A program made the position numbers and the translations under genes. The notes under the pieces were generated by a model. It was given only the letters and a program-made list of their open reading frames with translations, had not been told where the DNA came from and made no database searches. From IMG/VR virus record IMGVR_UViG_3300023283_000076, positions 96,001-160,000 of that record: 64,000 nucleotides of DNA. The stretch is one strand, 5' to 3'. This document shows positions 45,822 through 54,078 of the stretch, one piece after another. The stretch is from a virus. Lineage: Duplodnaviria > Caudoviricetes. Numbering within the stretch: position 1 is the stretch's first letter; each line of letters opens with the position of its first letter.

Positions 45822-45983
45822 ACAGGTAATTTAAAAAGCTTTTTAAATACCGCTGCTCTACCAATTGAGCTACCAGCGAACCAAAAAATTCATTATACAT
45901 AAACTCTTTGGTTCGCTGGGCAGGACTCGAACCTGCAACCCACGGTTCCCATATTATTAGAAGGATGCCTTTTTATGGCCTGT
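45822..45983 (-). ncRNA. Conserved RNA stem element, copy C, enclosing a circularly permuted tRNA module (YrlA-like)
   Basis: T-arm half precedes D-arm half; acceptor TCGCTGG/CCAGCGA closed by an extended hairpin; anticodon stem continues into the A/B/C stem. Confidence 0.8.
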
Positions 45984-45995
45984 AATTTTTATTTA

Positions 45996-46217
45996 TCATA
46001 TCTTACTATGTTTCTTCCATGTTGTCAAATGACTTTTCGCTGAGAATAATCTGTTATTATATCTTGGTGCCATTATATTAATATGGTGCAATGAATCCCT
46101 AATGTATTTTGTCATAACTTCTGGGGCCTCACATGCACAAAACTCTAAAATCTCACATTGGATTTCATCGATGGCTTCATCGAAATTAAGCGGATTATCT
46201 TCTCCTCTGCTATCCAA
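45996..46217 (-). CDS. Hypothetical protein or fragment
   Basis: ORF; EILEFCACEAPE. Confidence 0.45.
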   Translation of the reverse strand: MDSRGEDNPLNFDEAIDEIQCEILEFCACEAPEVMTKYIRDSLHHINIMAPRYNNRLFSAKSHLTTWKKHSKI

Positions 46218-46288
46218 ATTTTCTACCTGATGATTATATTTTTTAACTTTCCGTAAATTCTTTGGCGGTTTTCATTTTATTAATCTTC

Positions 46289-46528
46289 TTATTTTGTGAT
46301 ATGTTTTACTGCCCACATGACTGCTTCTTCAATTTTGGTTTTAGCTAGTGACAATTCTCTAGAGTCGCCAACGGTATCAATAAGATTATGGAACTCTAAA
46401 CCAGCATCTTTGATACCCTTCATGAGTTGTTTTTCTTTATCAGAAAGAACTCTATATTCATGGCGCATAACGTTATTGGTAGTCCATTCGTCTCGTGTAT
46501 AATCAATTATTTCGTCATCTTTAAACAT
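46289..46528 (-). CDS. Acb2/Tad1-like cyclic-nucleotide sponge candidate (79 aa)
   Basis: YRVLSDKEKQLM..IK...SRELSLAKTKIEEAVMWAVK; start reassigned to MFKDD after a GAGGA RBS. Confidence 0.7.
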   Translation of the reverse strand: MFKDDEIIDYTRDEWTTNNVMRHEYRVLSDKEKQLMKGIKDAGLEFHNLIDTVGDSRELSLAKTKIEEAVMWAVKHITK

Positions 46529-46554
46529 TATCTTATCCTCTTGGTTGTAAAAGT

Positions 46555-46642
46555 TGGCGGAAGGGGAGGGGGTCGAACCCACACCGCTATTTCTAACGGG
46601 ACACCTTTCCAAGGTGCTTGATACACCAGTTTCCGCCCTTCC
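46555..46642 (-). tRNA. tRNA-Ser(GGA)
   Basis: Long variable arm; loop TT-GGA-AA; short D region; CCA. Confidence 0.8.
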
Positions 46643-46884
46643 TTTATTAACTCATTCAATATCAGCATTTGTAATATTTTTTAATTTTGGTACAGCATAT
46701 TCACATTCATCTTTTAATACTGCTATTGTTACATCATCAATATTTCCTTGGCATAGTCTACAGTGAATGGCAGCGATGCTTGCCTTTAATTTTTTATTTT
46801 CTTCAACAGAATCTGACATGTTTATTCCTATAAAGTGTTTATGCGCATAATAGTATAATATTTACGTTGGTTTGTCAAGTTATT

Positions 46885-46957
46885 TGGCGCTCCGAGTAGG
46901 ACTCAAACCTACAAGGCGGGACTTAGGAGGTCCTGCTGCGCTTCTGTCGCCCGGAGC
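46885..46957 (-). tRNA. tRNA-Arg(CCT)
   Basis: Loop CT-CCT-AA; atypical D-arm; CCA. Confidence 0.72.
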
Positions 46958-47039
46958 AAAAGCTTTTATTAAATGGCAAAATAGTTTAGTTGCAGTTCTT
47001 CTATAATGCATCGGCATTCGCCAGTTTTTACTTTTAAAT

Positions 47040-47114
47040 TGGTGGGTCTGGAGAATTTCGAAATCTCGACCTATCCGTTAAGAGCGGATTACTCTGCCTC
47101 TGAGTTACAGACCC
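47040..47114 (-). tRNA. tRNA-Lys(CTT)
   Basis: Loop CT-CTT-AA; CCA. Confidence 0.93.
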
Positions 47115-47116
47115 GT

Positions 47117-47193
47117 TGGTGGAAGTAGTGGGATTTGAACCCACGACCCTCTGCTTGCAAGGCAGATGCTCTCCCGGACTGAGCTATACCCCC
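47117..47193 (-). tRNA. tRNA-Ala(TGC)
   Basis: G3:U70; loop CT-TGC-AA; CCA. Confidence 0.95.
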
Positions 47194-47216
47194 GAAAATT
47201 TTGTAAACCAAAAAAT

Positions 47217-47414
47217 TCATAGAGAATCCTTGATTTTTCTGATGGCTCCTATCATAGAAGTAATTTCATATTTCTTTATACTTCGAGATTCTGTAATAAT
47301 GTCATCTAGAATTTGTTTATCTATATTTTCTTTTATGTTGTTTGCTATTATATATTCTATTTCATCTTCTATTTTTTTTATAGTCGTATTTATGGCCGTA
47401 TTATCTTTATTCAT
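47217..47414 (-). CDS. Hypothetical protein
   Basis: ORF coupled to upstream gene. Confidence 0.55.
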   Translation of the reverse strand: MNKDNTAINTTIKKIEDEIEYIIANNIKENIDKQILDDIITESRSIKKYEITSMIGAIRKIKDSL

Positions 47415-47416
47415 TT

Positions 47417-47698
47417 TTAAATCACATCTTTATAAGCTGGTAGAGGGACTAGTTTACCATTTTCGATAGTGAATTTTAAATCTATATACTCTCCGTCTTC
47501 ATCTGAAGGACCAGTGCGATATGCTCTATCGCTAAATGCTGTATATACAATATTATTGCCTTCTTTATCCTTCCCTCTCACTATAAATACGGGTGGCATA
47601 GAATGGTTGGTAATAGTATCACCAATTTCTAATTCTTGTGGTAGACCATGTTGTATATCATACTTCTGATTTTCTTTTAAGATTTGCGTCAACTTCAT
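47417..47698 (-). CDS. Probable late protein
   Basis: N-terminus MKLTQILKE. Confidence 0.65.
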   Translation of the reverse strand: MKLTQILKENQKYDIQHGLPQELEIGDTITNHSMPPVFIVRGKDKEGNNIVYTAFSDRAYRTGPSDEDGEYIDLKFTIENGKLVPLPAYKDVI

Positions 47699-48136
47699 TT
47701 TATAACCCTCGTAACTTTATTAACTTTCTCAGAGTATTTATCCCAATATGTTATTTGTTCTTTTTTCATGGTGGAGTAGTCTCTTTAACCGTTATTGTTA
47801 TTCCGCTCCAGCATCCACACCCTATAAACTGATCTATATCGACTCCAGATATTTCATAATATGTGTCTTCATCATTTTCATTGTGGATATGAATTGTAGC
47901 TGGGGACTTGATGTGACATCATATATCCCTCTTCATTCCCTTCACGAGTACTACCAATTTCTTTATCTACGTGTTCTAAATATTGTATAAACTCTCTAAA
48001 TGTTGGATGTTTTTGTATCATATAATATTATGTTTTTTAAATAATGGTGTCGGAAATGGGATTGTACCCATATTTCTCCCCTTCGGTGTTTTGCTGCTCT
48101 TGTAGAAAAGTATAACATAACATAACTCTACCTAGA

Positions 48137-49018
48137 TTATTCAACTGGTAACGAAAGATTTAAAAGATGTACATAATTTTCGACCCTAGAAAAATCGGGA
48201 TCATTGTCTTTACGCTCGAAATCGTCCAAGGTAACTATGTTGAAGTGAGCATTTCCATGATCATCCATAATTTTGTCAATACCTACAATAATACTTGAGT
48301 CCGTACTACTACCGACACCATTATAGAGCAGTATTGCATTGCAGTCTTTCGACTCTTGTTCTCTTATAATATTGAAACGGGCGGTTGAAAACACTCGCAG
48401 GTGATTGTTTATAGTAAACTCATATCTAAGAAATACATCAAGCGAATTTATTTCATCCAGATGATTTTCGCGCTCTATCTGTCCAAAATTCTGATCCCGT
48501 AATATATCTACTGTTCTCCAGTCTACAATCAAAACATTACCAGAACCGCGTCTCGACTGCATCCCTATACGAGAACTTGCAGCATTTATAGCGGCCTCAG
48601 TATTGACTTTTGATAGTTGGTAGATGCCGTCCTCCGGTGTATGGGCCATAGTAAATATTGTCCGCAATATTTCATCAACATATACTCTTTTAATTTTAGT
48701 TCTAGTAGAATTCGTTTCCAAATCAAATTGCTCTGCGGTTGATGATGGTAGCAAGTGACTTTTTGGTTTATTGGCTGTCGATACTATTTCTAAATTTAAT
48801 CTGTTTTCATTCTCATTATCGTTTTGATAAGTTAGTGCAAAAGCTGTTTTATGGTTTGCCGACACTTGACACCCTACTAATACGCTAAACATATAAAACA
48901 TTTTAGCATATTCATTTAGAGAAGTTTCTGAAATCTCGGGATGTGTTTTAAGAAACTCTTCTTTTACACTGTTAATATAACTGTCACGATTTTCTTTTGT
49001 ACGATATGAACTATTCAT
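48137..49018 (-). CDS. Divergent T4 gp23/gp24-like capsid protein paralogue
   Basis: AINAASSRIGMQSRRGSGNVLIV resembles the gp23 IA..TRRG.GN.II motif. Confidence 0.55.
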   Translation of the reverse strand: MNSSYRTKENRDSYINSVKEEFLKTHPEISETSLNEYAKMFYMFSVLVGCQVSANHKTAFALTYQNDNENENRLNLEIVSTANKPKSHLLPSSTAEQFDLETNSTRTKIKRVYVDEILRTIFTMAHTPEDGIYQLSKVNTEAAINAASSRIGMQSRRGSGNVLIVDWRTVDILRDQNFGQIERENHLDEINSLDVFLRYEFTINNHLRVFSTARFNIIREQESKDCNAILLYNGVGSSTDSSIIVGIDKIMDDHGNAHFNIVTLDDFERKDNDPDFSRVENYVHLLNLSLPVE

Positions 49019-49080
49019 TATTATATTCCTTATATATAGTAAATACTATAATAGATTGTTGGTGTGTTAATGTCAATGGT

Positions 49081-49192
49081 GGATTGAGTGGCTAGTCAGT
49101 GGGAGCTACTCCACCTTATCTGATTGCTTCCCTTCGGCTCGATCATCCTGAATATTATTCAGGCTATAGCTCTTCCAGACTGAGTTACGTAC
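49081..49192 (-). ncRNA. Candidate structured RNA with tRNA D-arm-like 5' end and Y-RNA-like motifs
   Basis: TAACTCAGTCTGGAAGAGC; CCTGAATA/TATTCAGG hairpin; GCCGAAGG; GACTAGCC. Confidence 0.35.
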
Positions 49193-49201
49193 AATTTAAT
49201 T

Positions 49202-49276
49202 TGGTACCCCCGGAGAGATTCGAACTCCCGCGTTTATGGTTCGTAGCCATATGCTCTTCCGCTGAGCTACGGGGGT
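49202..49276 (-). tRNA. tRNA-Arg(ACG)
   Basis: Loop CT-ACG-AA; CCA. Confidence 0.93.
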
Positions 49277-49284
49277 AAAATTTT

Positions 49285-49716
49285 TTAATATATTTTTCTA
49301 CTATTTCCATTACACAACTCTTTTACACGTTTAGTATCGTTGAGATATGCGTTACAATATTTAATTATCATACGTGCATGTTTTTCATTTACCATGCAAC
49401 AATTCCAATGACCTCTTCGATAATCAAAACCAAATACATATCTAATGGCAACCCATATTCTTTTAAAAAACCCTAGATATGGGGACAATTGCAAATTAAA
49501 TGTAAGTTCTGGTAATGGCGGATACTTGTTAGGATCATCCGCATCTTCTTTAGTAAAAAGTTCTATATCATCATCATAATATGCCACCAGCATTGCATGT
49601 TCTGGGTTGTGACATTCACAATGTACATAAAAACTTTTAAAAGAATCTTGTGGGGAAGTATACAACTTAAGATTGCCTACGTTTTCATTTTCTTCTTCAT
49701 TCATAATCATCTTCAT
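49285..49716 (-). CDS. Hypothetical protein
   Basis: CECHNPEH motif; GAGG RBS. Confidence 0.7.
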   Translation of the reverse strand: MKMIMNEEENENVGNLKLYTSPQDSFKSFYVHCECHNPEHAMLVAYYDDDIELFTKEDADDPNKYPPLPELTFNLQLSPYLGFFKRIWVAIRYVFGFDYRRGHWNCCMVNEKHARMIIKYCNAYLNDTKRVKELCNGNSRKIY

Positions 49717-49876
49717 TCTTAATTTCCTCTAAGTTTATATTTTTATACGACACTATTTTGGCATTGCGTTCTTTATTTGTATTTAACCAGCTACCAAATA
49801 TAAAATATTCTGTTCCCTTCTTAGATGATACTTCTATTATAATAACCCAACCATCTGGTATTATGTTCATTCATTT

Positions 49877-50077
49877 TTATTTTTCATCTCTATTGGCGGC
49901 AATAAGTCCTATAATATAACCAATAATAACTGGACCCCCAAATGATAACAACTGGACCCATTGGGGAATATCAACTCCTATTCCGACTAAGAATAATAAT
50001 ATTGATAATATTAGACCTATTATGGCCCCTCCAGCTATTCCTACTACAATAAAAAATCCTGAAAAAAGTGGTTTCAT
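49877..50077 (-). CDS. Small membrane protein
   Basis: Two hydrophobic segments. Confidence 0.7.
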   Translation of the reverse strand: MKPLFSGFFIVVGIAGGAIIGLILSILLFLVGIGVDIPQWVQLLSFGGPVIIGYIIGLIAANRDEK

Positions 50078-50151
50078 ATTTTTACCCTTTTATGTTTTGT
50101 TATATATTAATATATTTAAGGATATTTGTCAATATATTTCTTGAAATATGG

Positions 50152-50227
50152 TGGAAGGGGTGGTCAGATTCGAACTGACTTCACGAGGGTCAAAGCCTCG
50201 TGGCTCAACCATTTGCTCTTCACCCCC
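50152..50227 (-). tRNA. tRNA-Gln(TTG)
   Basis: Loop CT-TTG-AC; G1:U72; followed by a second encoded CCA. Confidence 0.9.
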
Positions 50228-50238
50228 TGTCGTTAAAT

Positions 50239-50314
50239 TGGCGGGAACTTCAGGTTTCGCGCCTGACCCTCTGAGGCTTCAACTCAGCGCTTCCACTAGG
50301 TTAGCTTAGTTCCC
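50239..50314 (-). tRNA. tRNA-Phe(GAA)
   Basis: Loop TT-GAA-GC; T-loop CGCGAAA; CCA. Confidence 0.9.
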
Positions 50315-50575
50315 ATATTATTTTTTATTTTTCATAAATGGAAGTGTGTGTATCTGTCGAGCTTTATCTTAAACTTCTTTAACCGTTGCACCATTAATAT
50401 TGAATGTATGAAATTTCCCTGCACTATCTTTATGGCTCAGAGTTGCATATACGCTATTCATGTCCGGATTAATATTGATTCTAGGGCGAATGTTCATATT
50501 AACCAGATGTAACTCTTTCATTTCTTCTATCAAATTTTTATTTTCCATTAGTAATCCTAATTTTATGTGTGATTA

Positions 50576-50890
50576 TTATATTATGTTAAATAGTAACGTT
50601 TTTACTTTATTAGTGTTAACGTGAACTCTATATCGAATACTGTCCTGTTCGCACAAATATTTAACAATAACATCTTCCTTATTGAATGCCATCGCGCTGG
50701 GTCCAAGGTTGCCTATAACAGCCGTATAAATTTTCACGGGATCATATTTGCCGTCCTCGATAGCATACGATTGTATTAGGGGACACTCCCTAGAAAATTC
50801 TGTACTGTTGACTGGGACTATTGTAGGATACTTAGCGGTGTCAAATAGAGCTTTACACAAATAATTAACTATTTCTATGATTGTTGTCAA
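50576..50890 (-). CDS. Hypothetical protein
   Basis: ORF. Confidence 0.5.
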   Translation of the reverse strand: MTTIIEIVNYLCKALFDTAKYPTIVPVNSTEFSRECPLIQSYAIEDGKYDPVKIYTAVIGNLGPSAMAFNKEDVIVKYLCEQDSIRYRVHVNTNKVKTLLFNII

Positions 50891-50940
50891 TCATAGTATA
50901 TTATGCTATATTAATTATTTTTTCGTATCAAGTTTAAAAT

Positions 50941-51016
50941 TGGCGGAACCGAACGGCATCGAACCGATATCCCCCGGACTGACAACCCGGTACTTTACCA
51001 ATTAAGCTACGGCTCC
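50941..51016 (-). tRNA. tRNA-Asp(GTC)
   Basis: Loop TT-GTC-AG; CCA. Confidence 0.93.
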
Positions 51017-51434
51017 GTACTTATTCTTTCTCTTGTCACAACAACTTCATATATTATTAGTATAATATTCATTTAAATGTTCTTTCATTTAAATGTTCTT
51101 TGGCCCATACGACTTTTGCCATAGATTGTTTAGTTCCTTCACTGAAAAATCCCAGAACATCCATTTCGCGCTGTGCTTCTTTAATTAACCTTGGCTCTAA
51201 CTCTCCAACTAATTTTTCGACCATTCGCGTTTCGTCATTCATTTAAATATTCCATATATTAAAATTTTTGTATTAAGTTTACAATGATTTTTCTATGTTA
51301 TCATATTATTTCCAATAAGAGGCTGCTCCCCACTACGGCGCATTTAACCTGTATTGTGTCATCATTCTCATTTCTATAGAATGATCTAATCACTATTAGT
51401 GAAGATTACAACAGGCACCTCTTCTTCTTTTAAT

Positions 51435-51505
51435 TGTGGAGCTACGGGGTAACGATCCCCGCCATCGTGATTGCAAATCACAAGTCTGTCCCATACAGCA
51501 ACCCC
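51435..51505 (-). pseudogene. Degenerate tRNA-Ala(TGC)
   Basis: G3:U70 and TGC loop, truncated D region, 3' end ACA. Confidence 0.55.
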
Positions 51506-51562
51506 ATTACTATCTAACAATGATACCCCAACAGATCAATATTGTCAAGGTGTTTTAAAAAA

Positions 51563-51640
51563 TGGTGTCACTGACGCGATTCAAACGCGCATCTCCGAGA
51601 TTGAAAGTCTCGTGTTCTATTTCATTTAAACTACAGTGAC
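51563..51640 (-). tRNA. tRNA-Glu(TTC)
   Basis: Loop CT-TTC-AA; CCA. Confidence 0.92.
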
Positions 51641-51840
51641 AAAAAACTGCATAAGTAAAGCATGCATTTACATACTTTCTTATACAACCTTTCGGGATGG
51701 TGACGCATCCCGAATATCGTCACCATCCCATCTTACATCGTATTTTTCATTCTACAAAAAGAATTCCATCCACGATTCCGCCCATTTATTTTTTATAGTG
51801 CTGATGGGGTCTCGTTCCCTCTTGCACTGTTCTTAAGCAT

Positions 51841-51870
51841 AAAAAAGGCAGCTTCTTAGCTGCCTTTTTG
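51841..51870. terminator. Bidirectional terminator
   Basis: AAAAAAGGCAGC-TTCTTA-GCTGCCTTTTT. Confidence 0.88.
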
Positions 51871-51895
51871 TCTATTTCTTGGGAGGTTATTTCAT

Positions 51896-52078
51896 CTATC
51901 CCTTCCAACCTTCAGACAAAAAGGCACTATTAGACGCTTTCGCATCAAAAAAGCGCTCAGGTTGCTGTTCTTCATGCGTAATTTCTCTTACGCCTTCACT
52001 AATTTTAGTTTTTTCATTAAATGAAGTCATTTTTATTTCTTTTTTATCCTTGTTATATTTATTTATGTTCATTTTCAT
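51896..52078 (-). CDS. Small protein ending SEGWKG (third ORF of a peptide operon)
   Basis: TAATG overlap with upstream ORF; followed by terminator. Confidence 0.6.
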   Translation of the reverse strand: MKMNINKYNKDKKEIKMTSFNEKTKISEGVREITHEEQQPERFFDAKASNSAFLSEGWKG

Positions 52079-52167
52079 TAAATCTGTGTGGGTTTACTAT
52101 TTATGACAACACCCGGTTTTATAATAGAACCAATTGGTCCATCACCTGTTGGATCTATACTAATCAT
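52078..52167 (-). CDS. 29-aa peptide MISIDPTGDGPIGSIIKPGVVINSKPTQI (not in ORF track)
   Basis: ATGA overlap upstream, TAATG overlap downstream. Confidence 0.5.
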   Translation of the reverse strand: MISIDPTGDGPIGSIIKPGVVINSKPTQI

Positions 52168-52301
52168 CCTAACCAGCCCTCTCGGGAGATACCGCCCCAT
52201 CCTTCATTAGTGGCTCCAAGACCTGATCCGTGTTCAATTCCAGCCACGCCGGTGTCATCATTAATGACCTTATGCCCGTCAATAATTATATCTATACTCA
52301 T
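52164..52301 (-). CDS. 45-aa Gly-rich peptide ending REGWLG (not in ORF track)
   Basis: Behind a TTGACA-N17-TAGGAT promoter near 52326-52354. Confidence 0.55.
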   Translation of the reverse strand: MSIDIIIDGHKVINDDTGVAGIEHGSGLGATNEGWGGISREGWLG

Positions 52302-52380
52302 AATTTATCTCTTTTAGTTTCGTATATCCTATCACGTTTATTTATGGTTGTCAATACTTTTTTGACAACTTTTTTGAATT

Positions 52381-52456
52381 TGGAGCGGCTAATCGGGCAC
52401 GATCCGATAACCTGATGCTTGGAAGGCATCTGCTCTACCAATTGAGCTATAGCCGC
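52381..52456 (-). tRNA. tRNA-Gly(TCC)
   Basis: Loop CT-TCC-AA; CCA. Confidence 0.93.
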
Positions 52457-52517
52457 ATTTAAATCTATTTATATATTTTACAATGTTTAAATTGTTTTGT
52501 CAAATATAATATTAATT

Positions 52518-52793
52518 TTAACCAACATAGTCAGCGAATCTTTCGGCAGACAATTTCGCATCATCTAAATTTTTAATGGTTTTGGTGCCATGTTTATTAT
52601 ATGGCGTGCTATCATCTCCATATTTAGGATCAAATATTTTATCACCTACTTTAAAACCCGCGACTGCACGATGGGACCAACCATACCATATTCCCTTATC
52701 TTCGTCAAGGCCAGTAGGCCCTTTTCCTCTTTTAGTAATATTATATTTTTTTAAAATGTCTTTAGTAGATTCAGATAGCTGTCGTAATTTCAT
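52518..52793 (-). CDS. Probable late protein
   Basis: Start reassigned to MKLRQLSE; TATAAATA upstream on the minus strand; WYGWSHRA motif. Confidence 0.7.
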   Translation of the reverse strand: MKLRQLSESTKDILKKYNITKRGKGPTGLDEDKGIWYGWSHRAVAGFKVGDKIFDPKYGDDSTPYNKHGTKTIKNLDDAKLSAERFADYVG

Positions 52794-53020
52794 TAAAATC
52801 AAGTTTTTATTTTTTTTTTTATTTAAGTATTTATAATTTGACATTATCCATTTAACACCAATAAAATTACTAAGCCTTAGATAATCATATATTGAAAATA
52901 TTAATATAATTTCTTGGGGACAAATATGTATCATTATTTAACTTCTTCTTAAAGTGTATACTGCTTCGGGTTTATCTTCAGACAACTTTAATATAGCAGA
53001 TGTTTCCGTATCGTTTACTG

Positions 53021-53536
53021 TTAATCTATACATTTTTTAAGCTCCCTATAATCATTAATATTACTTAGATTCAATACTGGGATATTGTAATCCCACGCTA
53101 TTCTGATCGCTTGGCCAGTTCCACCAGAGTCTTTGCCATCGTGCGTATAGCATATCACAAAATTAGTAGGGTTGTCAAGAGCCTTTCCAAAAATTTGCAT
53201 AACGTTTCGTGCCATCAATCGTTTAACATATCCAGATAGATTTTTATAATTCGGATGATATTTCTCGGCTATATTAAATGCATTGTCTGGTATATTTGAT
53301 ATGATCAAATTAGTTCGATCTTTCCATTTTCCACCATCCTTTTCAGATGCTACATATATCTCGGCAGAGTGTTGCGTTTTAGATTTCATAGCGCCCTGTA
53401 TAAACGCCGAATCCGCGCCTCTTGCCCCACCGCTGCGCAGTATATGATTGTTTTTAGCAAACTCGTGCCCTAACTTATTCATAAAGGATAATATATTAGG
53501 AGGAGTTTCTCTAGAACCTATTCCGGTGTATACCAT
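53021..53536 (-). CDS. DprA/SMF-like (SLOG) protein
   Basis: YTGIGSRETP, LRSGGARGAD, SGGTGQAIRIA. Confidence 0.85.
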   Translation of the reverse strand: MVYTGIGSRETPPNILSFMNKLGHEFAKNNHILRSGGARGADSAFIQGAMKSKTQHSAEIYVASEKDGGKWKDRTNLIISNIPDNAFNIAEKYHPNYKNLSGYVKRLMARNVMQIFGKALDNPTNFVICYTHDGKDSGGTGQAIRIAWDYNIPVLNLSNINDYRELKKCID

Positions 53537-53550
53537 TTAATTGGTTTAGT

Positions 53551-53790
53551 TCAAGAAAAGAATATGGGATGTACTTTTTCATCACATATCATACATTCAA
53601 TTTCATTAATCGGAATAGCTTTTATGTTATATACCGACGGGTTATTTCCTAAAAATAATTGATATCCTTCCAATGTCATATTTGTAACTTCAAACTTTTG
53701 TTTATTTCTTTTGATAGAAAAGTTACCATTTTCAAGTGGAAACGGTTTTAGTGAAAATGCTTGTGGATAAAATTTTGTTTTTTCAGTCAT
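53551..53790 (-). CDS. Hypothetical protein
   Basis: ORF in operon. Confidence 0.55.
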   Translation of the reverse strand: MTEKTKFYPQAFSLKPFPLENGNFSIKRNKQKFEVTNMTLEGYQLFLGNNPSVYNIKAIPINEIECMICDEKVHPIFFS

Positions 53791-53793
53791 ATG

Positions 53794-54078
53794 TTATTTC
53801 CTTTTTTGTTTATGTTTTTCTATTGATATGATATCAGATCCTACTGTCTCTTGCACGATTTTTTCTTTTTTTGGCTTTTTTGTTTTTTTTACTAATCTGG
53901 TGTTTTCTTGATGCTGTTGTATAAAATTTGAAACTTGATCGTCTGGTATTCCCATCATTATAGCGATTGCATACGGTTCTATTGCTTGAGACAATGATAA
54001 TATTTCTTTTTTATCTAAGCATAATTGTATACCATTAAATTTTATTAAATGTTTAATCATAGAGTTTATCCTTTTCAA
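53794..54078 (-). CDS. Hypothetical protein
   Basis: ORF in operon. Confidence 0.5.
   Translation of the reverse strand: MKRINSMIKHLIKFNGIQLCLDKKEILSLSQAIEPYAIAIMMGIPDDQVSNFIQQHQENTRLVKKTKKPKKEKIVQETVGSDIISIEKHKQKRK

Noticed and set aside
45822-45983. Permuted two-piece tmRNA
   Set aside because: It has a full D-stem, G3:C70 rather than G3:U70, and no tag reading frame.
46529-46612. N-terminal extension of the 46289 ORF as given in the track
   Set aside because: It overlaps tRNA-Ser(GGA); a better RBS and ATG lie at 46528.
48043-48075. tRNA gene
   Set aside because: Only a T-arm/acceptor-like 3' fragment with CCA; the rest is missing.
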